DNA from: Azolla caroliniana
Taxonomy: Eukaryota; Plantae; Polypodiophyta
Direction of reading: 5' to 3'
Assembly: GCA_043228905.1 (NCBI GenBank)
Contig: JBHGNT010000004.1
Location: 62,001-126,000 of the forward strand
DNA length: 64,000 bases
Made by a program: the position numbers and the translations under genes. How positions within the stretch are numbered: position 1 is the first letter of the stretch; each line of letters opens with the position of its first letter. The notes under the pieces were generated by a model that saw nothing but the letters and a program-made list of their open reading frames with translations, searched no databases and was not told the DNA's origin. Below are positions 1 to 12,800 of the stretch, piece after piece.

Positions 1-2332
1 TTTCCACATATTATATGATAGTTTGGGCATGCATCAATCTTCCAGTGATATATATATATATATATTCAGAACACTATTATTAGGGATAGGGATATGGTAG
101 TCATATTAGTGCATCTCTGCATTTCCATGTAATACCTCTTGCATTCAATGGAGTAAAAGATTACAATTCGATCAGCTTAGTGCCTGTGTAATAGTGAATA
201 TAAACATTTTACCGATGATGGAGCGATGTGTTGTGAGTCACCTCCGGTCTATACCCCGTTTGTTTCAGGGAATAATTGTAAGATTAGTATTAGAAAAGCT
301 CCTTCCCATCTTTAAGTTTTTAGACCAGTCAAAAATGTTACATATGAACTCTCGTGTACCTATCTGATGTAGTAATTTATGTTTCGTTTAAATCCAAATT
401 CGCCAGACAAGAGTTATTGTGGTTGGTTTGATGATCAAAATAATGTAGCTCAAAATGTGTGTTAATTTAATGCATGCATCACATGAATCATGGATGTCTA
501 CACTTCATTTTTAAATAATTTAAGATCATGCCACGTGATTTTGAATGGGCGTATATTCAAAGTTGGAAAATTTGAACCCTAAATCCATTTATGCACAGAA
601 TTTATGAATTATATCAAGGCTATTGAAAATGGATAATTGTCTTGGGGTGATTTAGAAGGCAAATAAGTGGACAATGTAGAAGTTAATTATTATGTAGAAA
701 CTGGAGAATTTCATGTATATGATGACCAAGAAAATATAACAAACTGTTAATTCTTGTTTCAAACTAACACAAACATAACATACATCAGTTTATATAAAGT
801 TTAGTAGCGAGAAGTTACGAAAAGCAAAAAATATGAGATGAAAAGTATTTAACATTCAATGATTTCCTTGTAGAAAAGCTCACAAATGCAACATTTTTTC
901 ATAGAGGACACCAAAAAATGTAGGTGCCTACAATATTAGTATTAACCATCCTGTTCTTAAGGTTTGCCATGATAATCTTTTGATCCATTAGTTACTCTGC
1001 ATTTAAAATGACACATACTAATGCACACGCGAGCATGCAAATACATACAACATTGAAATATCTTGGCAAAGTTTGACCACAATTTGAATTAAATCTATCA
1101 ACTCCACCCCCTCAAAAACACATCATGTTTTGTCTCATGAACTTAGGAACATGCCATAATTATAATTTTGGAATTCCATGTCCTATAATTAACTCGAAAT
1201 CTAACTGCAACCCTATCGGAAGCAAATTTAAGGCGTTACTCTCTTTTTTTCAAATGCTTAAATCTTATCATCCATCTCTTTGTACAGCTTAAATCTTGTC
1301 ATACATCTCTTTGTACAAATATATATTCTCATTAAAATTAAATATAGAAAACGAGCCCATGATGCCTCCTGAGTCCTGTATAAAGAACTATCAATACATG
1401 AGAGAGCGTTGATGTGAATGAGGAAATGTAAATAAGTTAGTTTTGAAACCTACAAGTTCGCCAGAGACCTGACAAATTGCATATCATCATCACAACCATC
1501 TATTCAATTCACCTTTTCTGTAGCCCAAGATAAAGGAGGCTATGATAGATGGATCAAATTTTGGGATGCACAGGCAAAATAAGAAGATAATTAAAAGATA
1601 CAGTACTTAAACAAGGTTTAAAAAAAATATGGCAAATGGGGTAGATGTGGTGACTCTCAGTCTCTACCATCAGTTAATTTATAATTAGCGCTACATTGTT
1701 GGGCATTAGCACTAATGAATTATATTTACCATCAATTAATTTATAATTAGCAGAGTGAATGGCACAGAGGGTTACCAGATTATGGGGAATTATGAAGCCC
1801 ACAATGTGGTGGCTAGCAGTGTATAGATAGAGATGGGTTGCATTCTCATCTTCCATTTAGAGCTATGGTGTTTATGAATGGATGGTCATGAGTGGATATA
1901 GTTGTCTGAAGTTTATTTCTTTTGTATCACTAGAAAAACAGTACCCATTGCTTCATTTATATTTACTGACCCACCCGGTGCCTTCCTATTTGAGACATAA
2001 TTTTGTGATGCAAAAGACATATTAGGCAATTGGAAGTTGGCTGGCTAGTTTGGCAGTTCATTGATCTCGAAAATGTTATAATACAGGAGGTAAGATGGTA
2101 TTATAATAGCATATTCTCCTTTTGGCTTTGGTCTTTTTCATCAGATAGTGATCCTAAAGTCGATACAAAATCTCCATTGACAATACTAAGGTCGTCTTAT
2201 CTGTAAGTTCAAATGACAAATAAAATAAAAAATCGTTGAAACAGGGTCTTCGAAAGGTCGATTATAACGTTTGGAAGCTCGTAAAACTCTTCTGAAGCAT
2301 TGAGCTGGACTCATCATACAATGATTTGCACC

Positions 2333-2501
2333 TTTCATGACAAGTCAGAGCCTTCCTATTACATGATACCTTACTCATCATGATGAAGCAATATTTGGTA
2401 TTTGGTATAACTTTGTGTTTCATGACAAAATCAGACCCTTCCTATTACATGATACCTTACTCATCATGATGAAGCAATATTTGGTATTTGGTATAACTGT
2501 G
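2333..2501. repeat. Tandem duplication, about 85-bp unit x2
   Basis: TTTCATGACAA...CCTTCCTATTACATGATACCTTACTCATCATGATGAAGCAATATTTGGTATTTGGTATAACT is repeated head-to-tail. Confidence 0.9.
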
Positions 2502-2978
2502 TTGTGATGTTTCTAATTAGGAATGCATGTAATTGTGATGAGTCAAAAACACTTTTCTCATCACTAACACCTCCTCGAAACACTAACTTACATGCCGACA
2601 CACAACCTTAACAAAACTACAGTTCAAATTGACAGTAACAAAATTCGGTCTGAACAAATCAGAAGTACATGAGTCTGACTCTGTATAAAAATATAATATG
2701 AAAATAGTTTCTTTTTCAAGGCAGTATTTCATTCATGTGTATTAAAATAGTATAATTGTCACAAGTTTCTCATAAAGTACTTGGATATAGTGAGCTCTGC
2801 AAAATTGATTTGTCAAAGTACATTATCAACAGCTTAATTATATATGTTGTATCATCATCACCATCATCCAGAAATCATTTGATCGATAGAGATGAGGAGA
2901 TATTTATCAACGCATAATACCGGATTTCTACACCGTATCTTCCGATGAATTTTAGCACAACTTGCTTGGCTTTTGTTT

Positions 2979-3440
2979 TTATGCAATTGTGGGCATCGGT
3001 ATTTGTCCGACCACATCCTTGCCTTTATGCTCGAGATGCTCGGCGATTTCATGGACACGATCCATGACATGTTCCAGCTTGTCCGATCCACGGGGATGTT
3101 TACCTTTGTAGTAGCGGTAGAGCCAGAGGGCAGCGAGGAGGGCAGCCAACCCGGTGCCGCCAGCTGTCACGATGCCAGCCGTGCATAGGAAGAGCACGAT
3201 GCCAACCGGGACAAGGATGGGGCTGAAGAAGAGGAGGACGGGGGCGAGAAGGGTGAGGACAATAGCCGACACCACGGCCAGCGTACCCCCGAGGCCGATG
3301 ATGGCGACCCATCCAACTGGCCCGGGGCTATGTTTCTTCAATTTCCAGAAGATACCCTCCGCTTGGTCGCGCGCTTGCCCTCCCATCTCATGGGCCTTCC
3401 CCACCGCTTGTCGGGCTTGGTCGCGAGCTTGCTCCGCCAT
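2979..3440 (-). CDS. OLE: Oleosin (lipid-droplet structural protein), single exon, 153 aa
   Basis: ATG at 3440 (MAEQARDQ...) to TAA at 2981-2979. A long hydrophobic hairpin carries the diagnostic proline knot PX5SPX3P (PVLLFFSPILVP), followed by the typical WLYRYYKGKHPRGSD segment. Confidence 0.95.
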   Translation of the reverse strand: MAEQARDQARQAVGKAHEMGGQARDQAEGIFWKLKKHSPGPVGWVAIIGLGGTLAVVSAIVLTLLAPVLLFFSPILVPVGIVLFLCTAGIVTAGGTGLAALLAALWLYRYYKGKHPRGSDKLEHVMDRVHEIAEHLEHKGKDVVGQIPMPTIA

Positions 3441-3563
3441 TTCCGGCAATCGATAACAATTCCTAAGCTCAGGAGGGAACAGAAAGGGAATTAATGATGT
3501 TCTGAACAGGTGTGATTATCAAGGTGATTAGCCTGAGATATCAATCAAGCGACCCAAATGGCC

Positions 3564-3630
3564 TTTTTATACATGGAAGTTAATTAATTCTCTTGCATGC
3601 TTCCTGAATCTCTCTCTTAAACACGTGGCA
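3564..3630 (-). promoter_or_regulatory. Oleosin core promoter: TATA box, RY element and ABRE/G-box
   Basis: TATAAAAA on the minus strand at 3571-3564, CATGCA (RY) on the minus strand at 3599-3594, and CACGTGGC (G-box/ABRE) at 3622-3629, all within about 190 nt of the ATG. Confidence 0.6.
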
Positions 3631-6433
3631 CTCAATTGCTCCTTCACTCTTCTCCATGGCTCTTTTTCTCAAAAATTGGCAGTACTACATGTGAAACCAA
3701 GGCATTCCCCAAGGAACCCGACGTCACTTATCTGGTTAAGAATGAAATACGGTATTAATTTCAACCCAAATCATGTCAAGCTTATACAAATCTATAGCAA
3801 TGCCTATCCAATCCTACATATACATAATGCCAACTGAATATGCACATAATTCAGTTGTCATCCCTCTTTTGATATAATTACTAAGTAAAATAGGGGGGAC
3901 ATTTTAATGCTACTGAAATCTACATGTAAATCAACATTAGATAGAAGGGGGCTCTCCTTGTATGGGACATACATGGAAGTACACATAGAAGTGAGGATCA
4001 ATCTAGTAACAAATGGAAGAGTGAGTGGGATATCAAAAGTATTCACTTCATTACCGCAAGATATCCCTGGTCGTTAAGTCACTGAAAAACTTTTACATAA
4101 CAGTCTCATGGAGTGTGTGCTCGCACACAAATGTGTGTGATTGATCTTGTTATCTCAACCACATCCCTAAAGCTTAATAGTGTCATACTATCAACATGCT
4201 GATGTGTTTGGTTTTCCTTCACTCAAGCTCAACAAATCAAGGAGACTATGGCCAAACATCGTCAAAAAAGGTTCAAGCTTGTCTACTCTGAGCAGTTTGA
4301 TGAAGGTATTTATCGTTTGGCGACCAATTCAAATATGCTAGAGATCGGCATGTCCCGCTACAATCCTCTCCTTAACGTAAAGATAGTACACCTCCATGTG
4401 CTTCATTTGTGGCAATTTGATGTTGTCAAGCTTGTCACAATGGATTTGCACTAGGTTGTCAACATGGGATTTGCACTAGATTCTCTTGAGCAACAACTAT
4501 CCATTTAGCCAATGGATTAATTTTATCCTTAGTACAATAGTGAATCATCTTCTACATTATTATTAATCAATGATTCACATTGGACATGCAAATTATGGTG
4601 TCATGTTCTATATTGTGACTCTATGAAGTTGTGAAAGTTCTAATATCCTTGTAGACCTACTTGATCTTTACGATGTCAATACCACCAAACTAAATAACTA
4701 GGTGGTGTAATTGAAAAGAAAGAATGTTATACAACAAATTATGGCAATGACACATGAATGTCAAATTTTCTTGGATGCCCCAGTTTCCTCAAAAATCTAT
4801 GAATATGGATTCTTTTTTATTATTCCTTTTATTAAAGTGAGGAGTAACTAATATTTTGCAAAATTTGGCAAACCACATAACTTAGTAACTTCTGTTTTAC
4901 TACGGTAACCCTATAACCAATGTGACTTGGGGTTCAGAAGACAATGCCTCAAGAAAAGCAGAGGATGATGATTGTTTGATGAAGGCTAATCATTGGCTTC
5001 AGCTCCATCGCATTTGCATGTAATGCCATCAAATTGGCTCATTAGTCTTTAGCATGTTTACAACTTCACTCCATATCTCCTGCATATGCACGGTTTGATT
5101 GGAGAAGACCTGCCTATAGCTTTGTTTCCGAAGAATCTATAGTGTTATTGGGCTGACCAATTCCAACACGACTTGAGCTTTAACATTAATGGGCATTTAG
5201 TGGATATTGTTAGCGGTGGAAAACAAGATATCTTGTGACTTTATCACCAATGTCATCCCCTCCTGATATCTATCAATCGGGGCCCACCAAGATAACCAAC
5301 ATACATTCCTCGACTTGAAAGTGCCTTGCACGTGGCATAATTGCAATAGTTAGCAAACCCCCTACCATATTCAACGGATCTCTAGGTAGTCCCACAGAGT
5401 GTGTCAAATTGATTCTATTGCATTGGGGTATGCTACACAATTAGGAGAGCTAAAGATCCCACGTTGCCATAGATTATAACTCTTAAGAGTGGTTGGTTAC
5501 ATACGGACTCAATAACATTGGCCACAACAACATGACACTAGACTCATCTTTGTAGTTACAAAGGGCCTTGATTTAATTAAAATATTCTGTGTACTTCACA
5601 TGCAAGAGTATGTGGGATATTTTAAGGATCCGCTTCATTCCGTACAAGGTATTTCACATTCATTTGTTACAAGTATGACCAATGCACATGTGCCCCAAAG
5701 AGTTTGCTCACACATAGTATGGCTGAGCTTGAGTTCCTAGAAAAACCAATGCACAATTAGCAACCTCCAACACAATTCCATTGCATGTGCATGGACCCAC
5801 TTATTACAAGTGTGGCCAATTACATACCCCAACGCACACAATGTTGCTGAGCTTGAGTGATCTATAGATGGAGTCTCATTTTTATCACCATTAGTAGCCT
5901 CATTAGTAGACAAACCCGATGCACCATTAGTAGCCGGCAATTTCATTGCATGTGCATAGGTTGGATATAGATCTCACTTGAATAAAACTTCCATGTATCC
6001 TTGTATGAGTAGCAAAGAGATTAAGCGGATCATAGTAGGGTACAAAAGGGCCTTTTGCGCAAGAATGCATTGAATAAAGAGACGCCTAATTATTTCTATT
6101 TCAATATTGCATATTTAGTAGATTTTCTCGTTGACCTAAGGGTTTTAAATGGGTTTTGAGCTATCAATCTCTACACAACATGCAAGTTCCTTCATTGTTT
6201 CAACCCATTTGGGTAGGGTCTCAAGGATGTTCACATGTGACAATGGTTCACCAATAGAGCTAGACACCTGGCTTTCCTTTTAATAGGAGGGATGGTGGCT
6301 TTGATAACTATGCCATTAAAGCATTCCCATGCTTCCCATTAAAGTTTGTAATATAGTTAAGGACCTATTTATATTTGATTTACTAGTTTGTACCCTTCAT
6401 ATTTGTTTGATGAAGGATCTGAGACACAGCTAG

Positions 6434-6593
6434 ATATTTGTCAAGTTGGCAATGCTTCACTGTGTACATAGTGGACAATAAAATGAGTGTGTTACGTGTG
6501 TACCCATATGAAGAAATATTTGTCAAGTTGACATTGTGTACATAGTGGACAATAAAATGAGTGTGTTACGTGTGTACCCATATGAAGAAATAT
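6434..6593. repeat. Tandem duplication, about 80-bp unit x2
   Basis: ATATTTGTCAAGTTG...TGTGTACATAGTGGACAATAAAATGAGTGTGTTACGTGTGTACCCATATGAAGAAATAT occurs twice. Confidence 0.9.
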
Positions 6594-6891
6594 GCATACA
6601 ACACATGTTATATATACGGATAAACATAAAGATACATACACAAACACACACACATACATAGATGTATATATGGTGGAATAAACCCCAAAAAACAATTATG
6701 GGATTCTTCAATTTGTCTCCTCTAATGAGAGAACAAAATCTAACCAATAATCAATATAATTTGAACAAGCTTTGTTTATTGTTTACAAGAGATTTACATA
6801 CCAGGTCTATATGTACATACAAGAGGTGAATTTCCAAGGGCATACACAAAGTAAGAGAGGGATAAGAATTGGAATTTATCTCATGGAAGTG

Positions 6892-9800
6892 TCAAATACC
6901 GGTGCCTCCACAAACTGTATCATCTTCAAATGACTTCCAAAGGTCCTTTGTAACATCTGCTTATTCACACAAACTATGCCAATTAGTAGTTACTTACATA
7001 ACATCTTTCATAACTCTACAAATGTTGCATCCCTAGAAATCCGGATTGGCCCCCATAATGCCCAGCCTTAACTGTCCTCAGTATGTGTTCATATGCCAGA
7101 TGTCCAATCCTTTATTATAATGGTTCAACTTATTTGGATGTATAAACCGTGTAACAAAAGATAAGGAACAGAAAATGTAGATATAAAGAGTGTCCTGCAA
7201 GAGAGTTTACCATGCTTCATTGTTAGTGAGGGAGTGGGTTCATTCAAGACACCGACAACTTTAGCCGGAGTACCCGCAACCATACTGCAAAAACTCAAAC
7301 AGTTGCATTTCAATATACAAGGAGTAAATTTCAATGCTGATCTTTCCCATGCTTACAAAAGCAGCTTCAATGCACTCAGAAAAAACCAACAAAGCCCATG
7401 AAAATTTATACAAACATTGTTATGCGCTAAAAAACATAATGAGCAAGAAACTGTTTTGATATGCTGAATAACAAACAGAAACATTTATTTAATTGTGGTG
7501 TAGATTTGAGCTTATTTGTGAGTTTCCATGTCTGAAGCAATGGATCTTCATGTAACATTCATATTTTAGAATTGAGGTCTTTAAAGTAGAATAGTTATTG
7601 ACCATTTTCTCCAGAAGATAGAAATGCATCTTTTCCATCACAACTGTAGTTACTAATATTAATGCTTTTCTCCTACAGAAATGCCTTCTAAAATTCATTG
7701 TAGGTTCAACAACTTACTATCTTTATGATAAGACAATGTAAGGAACAGTTACCTATGAGGTGGGACGTCTTTTAGAACCAATGAGCCTGCTGCAACCATT
7801 GCACCATGACCCACTTTTATGTTTCCAAGGATTGTTGCACCAGCCCCAATCAGAACACCTTCACCAATTTTCGGGTGTCTATCACCAGCTACCTTTCCAG
7901 TGCCCCCAAGTGTTACACCCTAAAGGGAAAAAAACAGAAAACATGTTAAGAAAATCATGAATGCAAATCGTGATCCATAGAAACAACAAACCAAAGTTTG
8001 GGGGAATTTGGCAGAGTGGCTTGGGTATTTAGTTTATACACCATAGGTTGGTGACCATAAATGTCAATTAAATCCCATAAAGACAAAAGGAAACAAAACC
8101 TCAGATTGAGGAATTCTTTTTAGTTGTTCGGCCCTTCAATTATAAAAGTTCATAATTCCTCAGGATCAACTCCCAGCCCCAACCATTGGTTGCCATAAAT
8201 GCAATTGAAGCCCCATTAAGATTAAAAAAGACCTAACTATCCTCTTCAACATGAACACATGGTGATTTCAAACCTGCAACATAGACACTCGATCACCAAC
8301 AACAGCTGTTTCTCCAATCACAACTCCTGTGCCGTGATCCAGTAAAATTGCTTTCCCAATTCTGGCAGCTGAAGTGACAAAAATGCAGTTAGGTAACCAA
8401 CCACAAATAGTATGTATGCCAAAAAGAATATAACTATTCTGTGGAGATCTCCTTCCAGTTATTCATTTTTCTTTCCAAATATGGGAATACTCATAAACTA
8501 AAGTTTCTTGTTCCTTTCAAAATGTGGCAAAACTCAAAATACGGTACTACCACCCATGTAGAACATATAATCTTGCTTGCTTACCGGGGTGGATGTCCAC
8601 AGCAAACACCTGCACAAAACAGTTCAGGAAACCATCCTTGGATCAGCCAGTGTAATAATGTTTTTGAGGTTAATGTTATCACAAAATACCTCACTACATT
8701 ATGACAAACTTAAGACCTTAAATAAACTTACAAATCTCTCCAGATAAAACCAAATCAAATGAAAAGAGGAACATGCAAACTTCTTGGATGAAATTTTACA
8801 AAACCAGCAGTCCTGAAGTTGCAAACAAGTGCAGAAGTTCTGAGGTAGCAAATAGTTGGAAACATTTATATGCAGCTTCGTTACAGGTACTATTTCAAAC
8901 TCTAGTTTCATATAAATGTTTCATCAATCGGTTATTTCTAAAGAAAAAACACAAAAATTTCTTAAGTTATGGAATTCAAAAACCAAAACAAATAGTCTTC
9001 TAGTCTCTAAAGTCTAGACTCTAGGTCATTTAATATAAGTACATACCTTCTGGATTATAACTTCCTAGAAACACTATAATCTTTATTTAACTGCAGCTTG
9101 CAGCCTACTCCTTTGGGCTTCAATTTTGAGATTTAATGCTAAGGTTATGTACATTCTACTTTTTAACGCACCATGACCTGTTGTATCGCTACCATAAGGT
9201 AGATGGATTACACCTCTGTGATACACACCAGAAGAACTCGTTCATATAAGAGCCTTTTGTTGTCAACTCTCTTTTATTTACGTCCATGATATGAAAAAGG
9301 TTATATATTACTGTAAGTTAGTGCTGATCCAGCATGTGCAGAAGATCCCAAGTCTTTAATTAACATCTCCAAGGCAATTGATTGGTTTGTTCAGCTCATG
9401 TTGAGAAAGCCATGAGATAAGGCTTCTTTGAACTTTGGAGAATCGTACTAAGTTTCTTTATGGCATTTACCATCCTTTGCTAGCATCAATAACGAAAGCT
9501 TCAACCACTTAGTCACCCTACTGCATGTTTCAATCTTTCTATCGTGTAGTTCTTCATGAATGGGAGGATATCTTCTCCATGAATATTGACTTTTTATATA
9601 TGTTGATCCCCCTTTCTACCTGAGCAATATCAGTATGACGAGAGGTTGGATGAACCAATATTCAGCTCCATGATAGGAATGAAGACGGGAGCGGAATATC
9701 TTCTACATTAGTATCTCATCATGACAACATCACATAAAAGATATTGCTATGTCTCATCATGAACTTTAGTGTTGTATACATCACCTTTCATCCCTCTGAT

Positions 9801-12800
9801 ATTGTTCCGATAAAGAAAATATAGCTATGCTTTAGCAACCACTAAAAGAAAAAGTACAAGGTCACGTATGGAGAACTATTAGACGGAAATATCTCAATGT
9901 GCCAAGAAAACCCAAGGGATTGAAAAGGCATGCATGGATGCTTTCAGAATGGTACATAAAGTACAGAACAAATGGACACCATCAGATAGCAACTTACTAT
10001 GACTCTCAACTTCCCCTTGTTTCGTGCATTTTTACAATGCGAGTCAAATCACACCTTGCAGCATCCGTAAGGAAGTTAAAGCAGCAAGTGCTCTTTGGAT
10101 CTAGAACATCCAATGGGGATTTAGCTTTAAATTGGTCTATCATATTTATGATGAGTTACAGAGATTGTTTTGGCCAATCATAAAAGATATTATAACTTTC
10201 TTTTTCTGTCTTCGTCCTTTCTTTCTTTCTGTTGTCTGTATAAGAAGCATAAAAAATTTACTAGTTGTCTGTAATCTCTGTGCCATATTGTCGCTGTAAA
10301 TTAAAATATAGAGTGACCAGATTGCATGTTTCTAGTCTATGCCCCAAGTTGCAGTGCATCTATCATGACTGACTCAAAGGATTGAGGATGAAGGCAACAG
10401 CTAAGAAAACCTTTCACCATTGCATAAATCTCGAATCACAAAATCTATCATCAGATCCAGATCCCCACATGATATCTAAATCACTTATATGACTATATCC
10501 TCTCCATAGATATGTCTTTGAGGTGGTGAAAAAGTTCATACTTGATTTGATTCTGTTGTGATTTAAAGAAGGTTGCGTAGCTATGATAATGGTGAGAAGC
10601 TCCTGAAAACAGAATACATCGAGAATGCAACCTCAATACCTCAATAACATCAACAAATTAGATTGCTATGAAAATTTCATATGATTATTACATCAAACTC
10701 ATACTTTGCATCATTCATATTCATAAGGGACCAATTGACAATCTATAAACCAAAATGAAATGAAACTAGATGAAGGTGATAATACAGGGCCCCAAAACAT
10801 AAATCTATACGCAAATTAAAGAAAGATTAGATGTTAAGGCCAAAAACAAAAAAATTACTGAAAAACGTTTATGTTTTCCGGACACCCATTTATGCAGGAC
10901 ATTGTTAAGACAAACCCAAACACTAAACGATAAGATATGTTTGCAACTATTTTGCATATACTAAATATGCCTTCATGTATTAAACAAGCATACCTCACTG
11001 ATACGGCTCTGTAAAGCCAATGCCAAGATTAATTGTCCACGATTCCACAGGGCATGTGCGACACGATATGACTGCACAGCATGATATCCCTAAAAGAGAA
11101 TAACATAGTTAAAGAAAGTAGATTCATAAACAAAAGCATTCTTGCTTATGAAATAATAAGAAATTATATAGAAAGAATCTGAAACATCAATAGAAATTTC
11201 TCAACATCAGAAGGCAATTTCTAATCTAATTCCTACTAATAAAAGAGTGATCTAACAAAAAGCAATATATGCTAACCGATTGCAACCTATGGATCAGATT
11301 TCCAAAACATTGAACTTTTGATAACATGTTTCTTCAACTTCAATTCAATAAAAAAGCACAAAAGAAGGAATACATTGGCGAGGTAATATTAATAGTAAGC
11401 AATACTAATATGTATTAACAATGTCTATTAAGAAGTCACATATCATCTCCATATCCATTAACCCAAAATACAAACATGTATATATATTAAAATATGCTGT
11501 GTTGTGCTAAACCCCCAGCCTAGGAAAGAAAGAAAGAAAGTTCATTGTCACATGAGATAAAGAGAATAAATCTTAAATTTCTCAAAGTGCCAAACACCAC
11601 ATTTCTGACCTCCTTTACACAAACACTAAAGCTGGTTAACACAAGATGTTTCTTGCACAAAGTGTGAGTAATCAAGATCAGAAGTCAGCAACTTAATAGA
11701 CTACAGCAGCCAGGAAAGTATCGTCACCAACTAAATCTCTTTCAAAAATGGATTTTATTCCACAGTTCCAAGTTTTGGAATGTGAAATTAGTTTAGAAAG
11801 GCTAAGTGATAGATCAATGAAATTCAACAAATTGACCAGAATGTTCATTGAATGCATAACATTACATTTGTCAGATCCTACAGGAGAAAGGGTAAGAGAA
11901 ATATAAATGAGATTCAACACATTGACAATGTGGTTATTGAATGTATAACGTTGGAGTACTCAGACCCTACAAGTGAGGCAGCTGGAACTCTTCTTTATCT
12001 TTGAATTCTAGGAGACGATAAATATATTAACCATAATATATATTGAATGCATAACATTGTATTGTCAGATGCAACACATGAGGCAGCTACACTTCTTAGA
12101 TTTGAATTCTCGGAGATGATTTGAGATGCTTTTAAATCACTGTTCTAAAAGTGTGGTCCAGGCCTCATATACATTTAAAGAGTTGGCAGCAGGACATATT
12201 TTGTTAGCAGGATTAGATTATGGACATGCTTTAATAGATTATGGAAGCTAATAGAAACAAACAAATGGAGAGTACTTGGGCCTACTGCAAATAAACTATA
12301 CAGAGCAAATTTTCAGAAAAAGTTAATCATTGATTAACTAAATATTTCATGTCCCGATGTTATCCACTTCACAAGTACATGACTTTGAGATATCAATATC
12401 CCAAGATGCTAGTATGTCTCTTTCACAAAACTTCATGCAAAGCTCACTAAATTCTCTATTATTAATGAGGACTACATTCATGATCTCCAGGCAAAACATG
12501 TATGAGATGAGCTGGCTGCCAAGAAAATTATATCAATGAAATGTTGAGACAATTCAGTCAGCTAAGTTATTAATGAGATGATTTGGTACAGAAAGACACA
12601 TCTGGACATGGCTATACTTTTTCTAGCTCTAGGAAAGGTCATTTCTCAGCACTATACCAAGAAGCTATAATATGTGAGTCAATAATCCATAATTATAAAA
12701 AGTAGGTGGCTTATGCAAAACAACTGTTCTTATTATTGTAGCTCTTTAGACAAAACAAAATTAAGAACAATGATAGATTCTATTATTTTAAGAATTCCCT

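Noticed and set aside
2864-3456. Several overlapping ORFs around the oleosin
   Set aside because: Alternative frames of a GC-rich exon; only one frame has the oleosin proline knot.
3900-6430. Degenerate TE-like sequence with weak internal repeats between oleosin and SAT
   Set aside because: No assignable domain, terminal repeat or TSD by eye.
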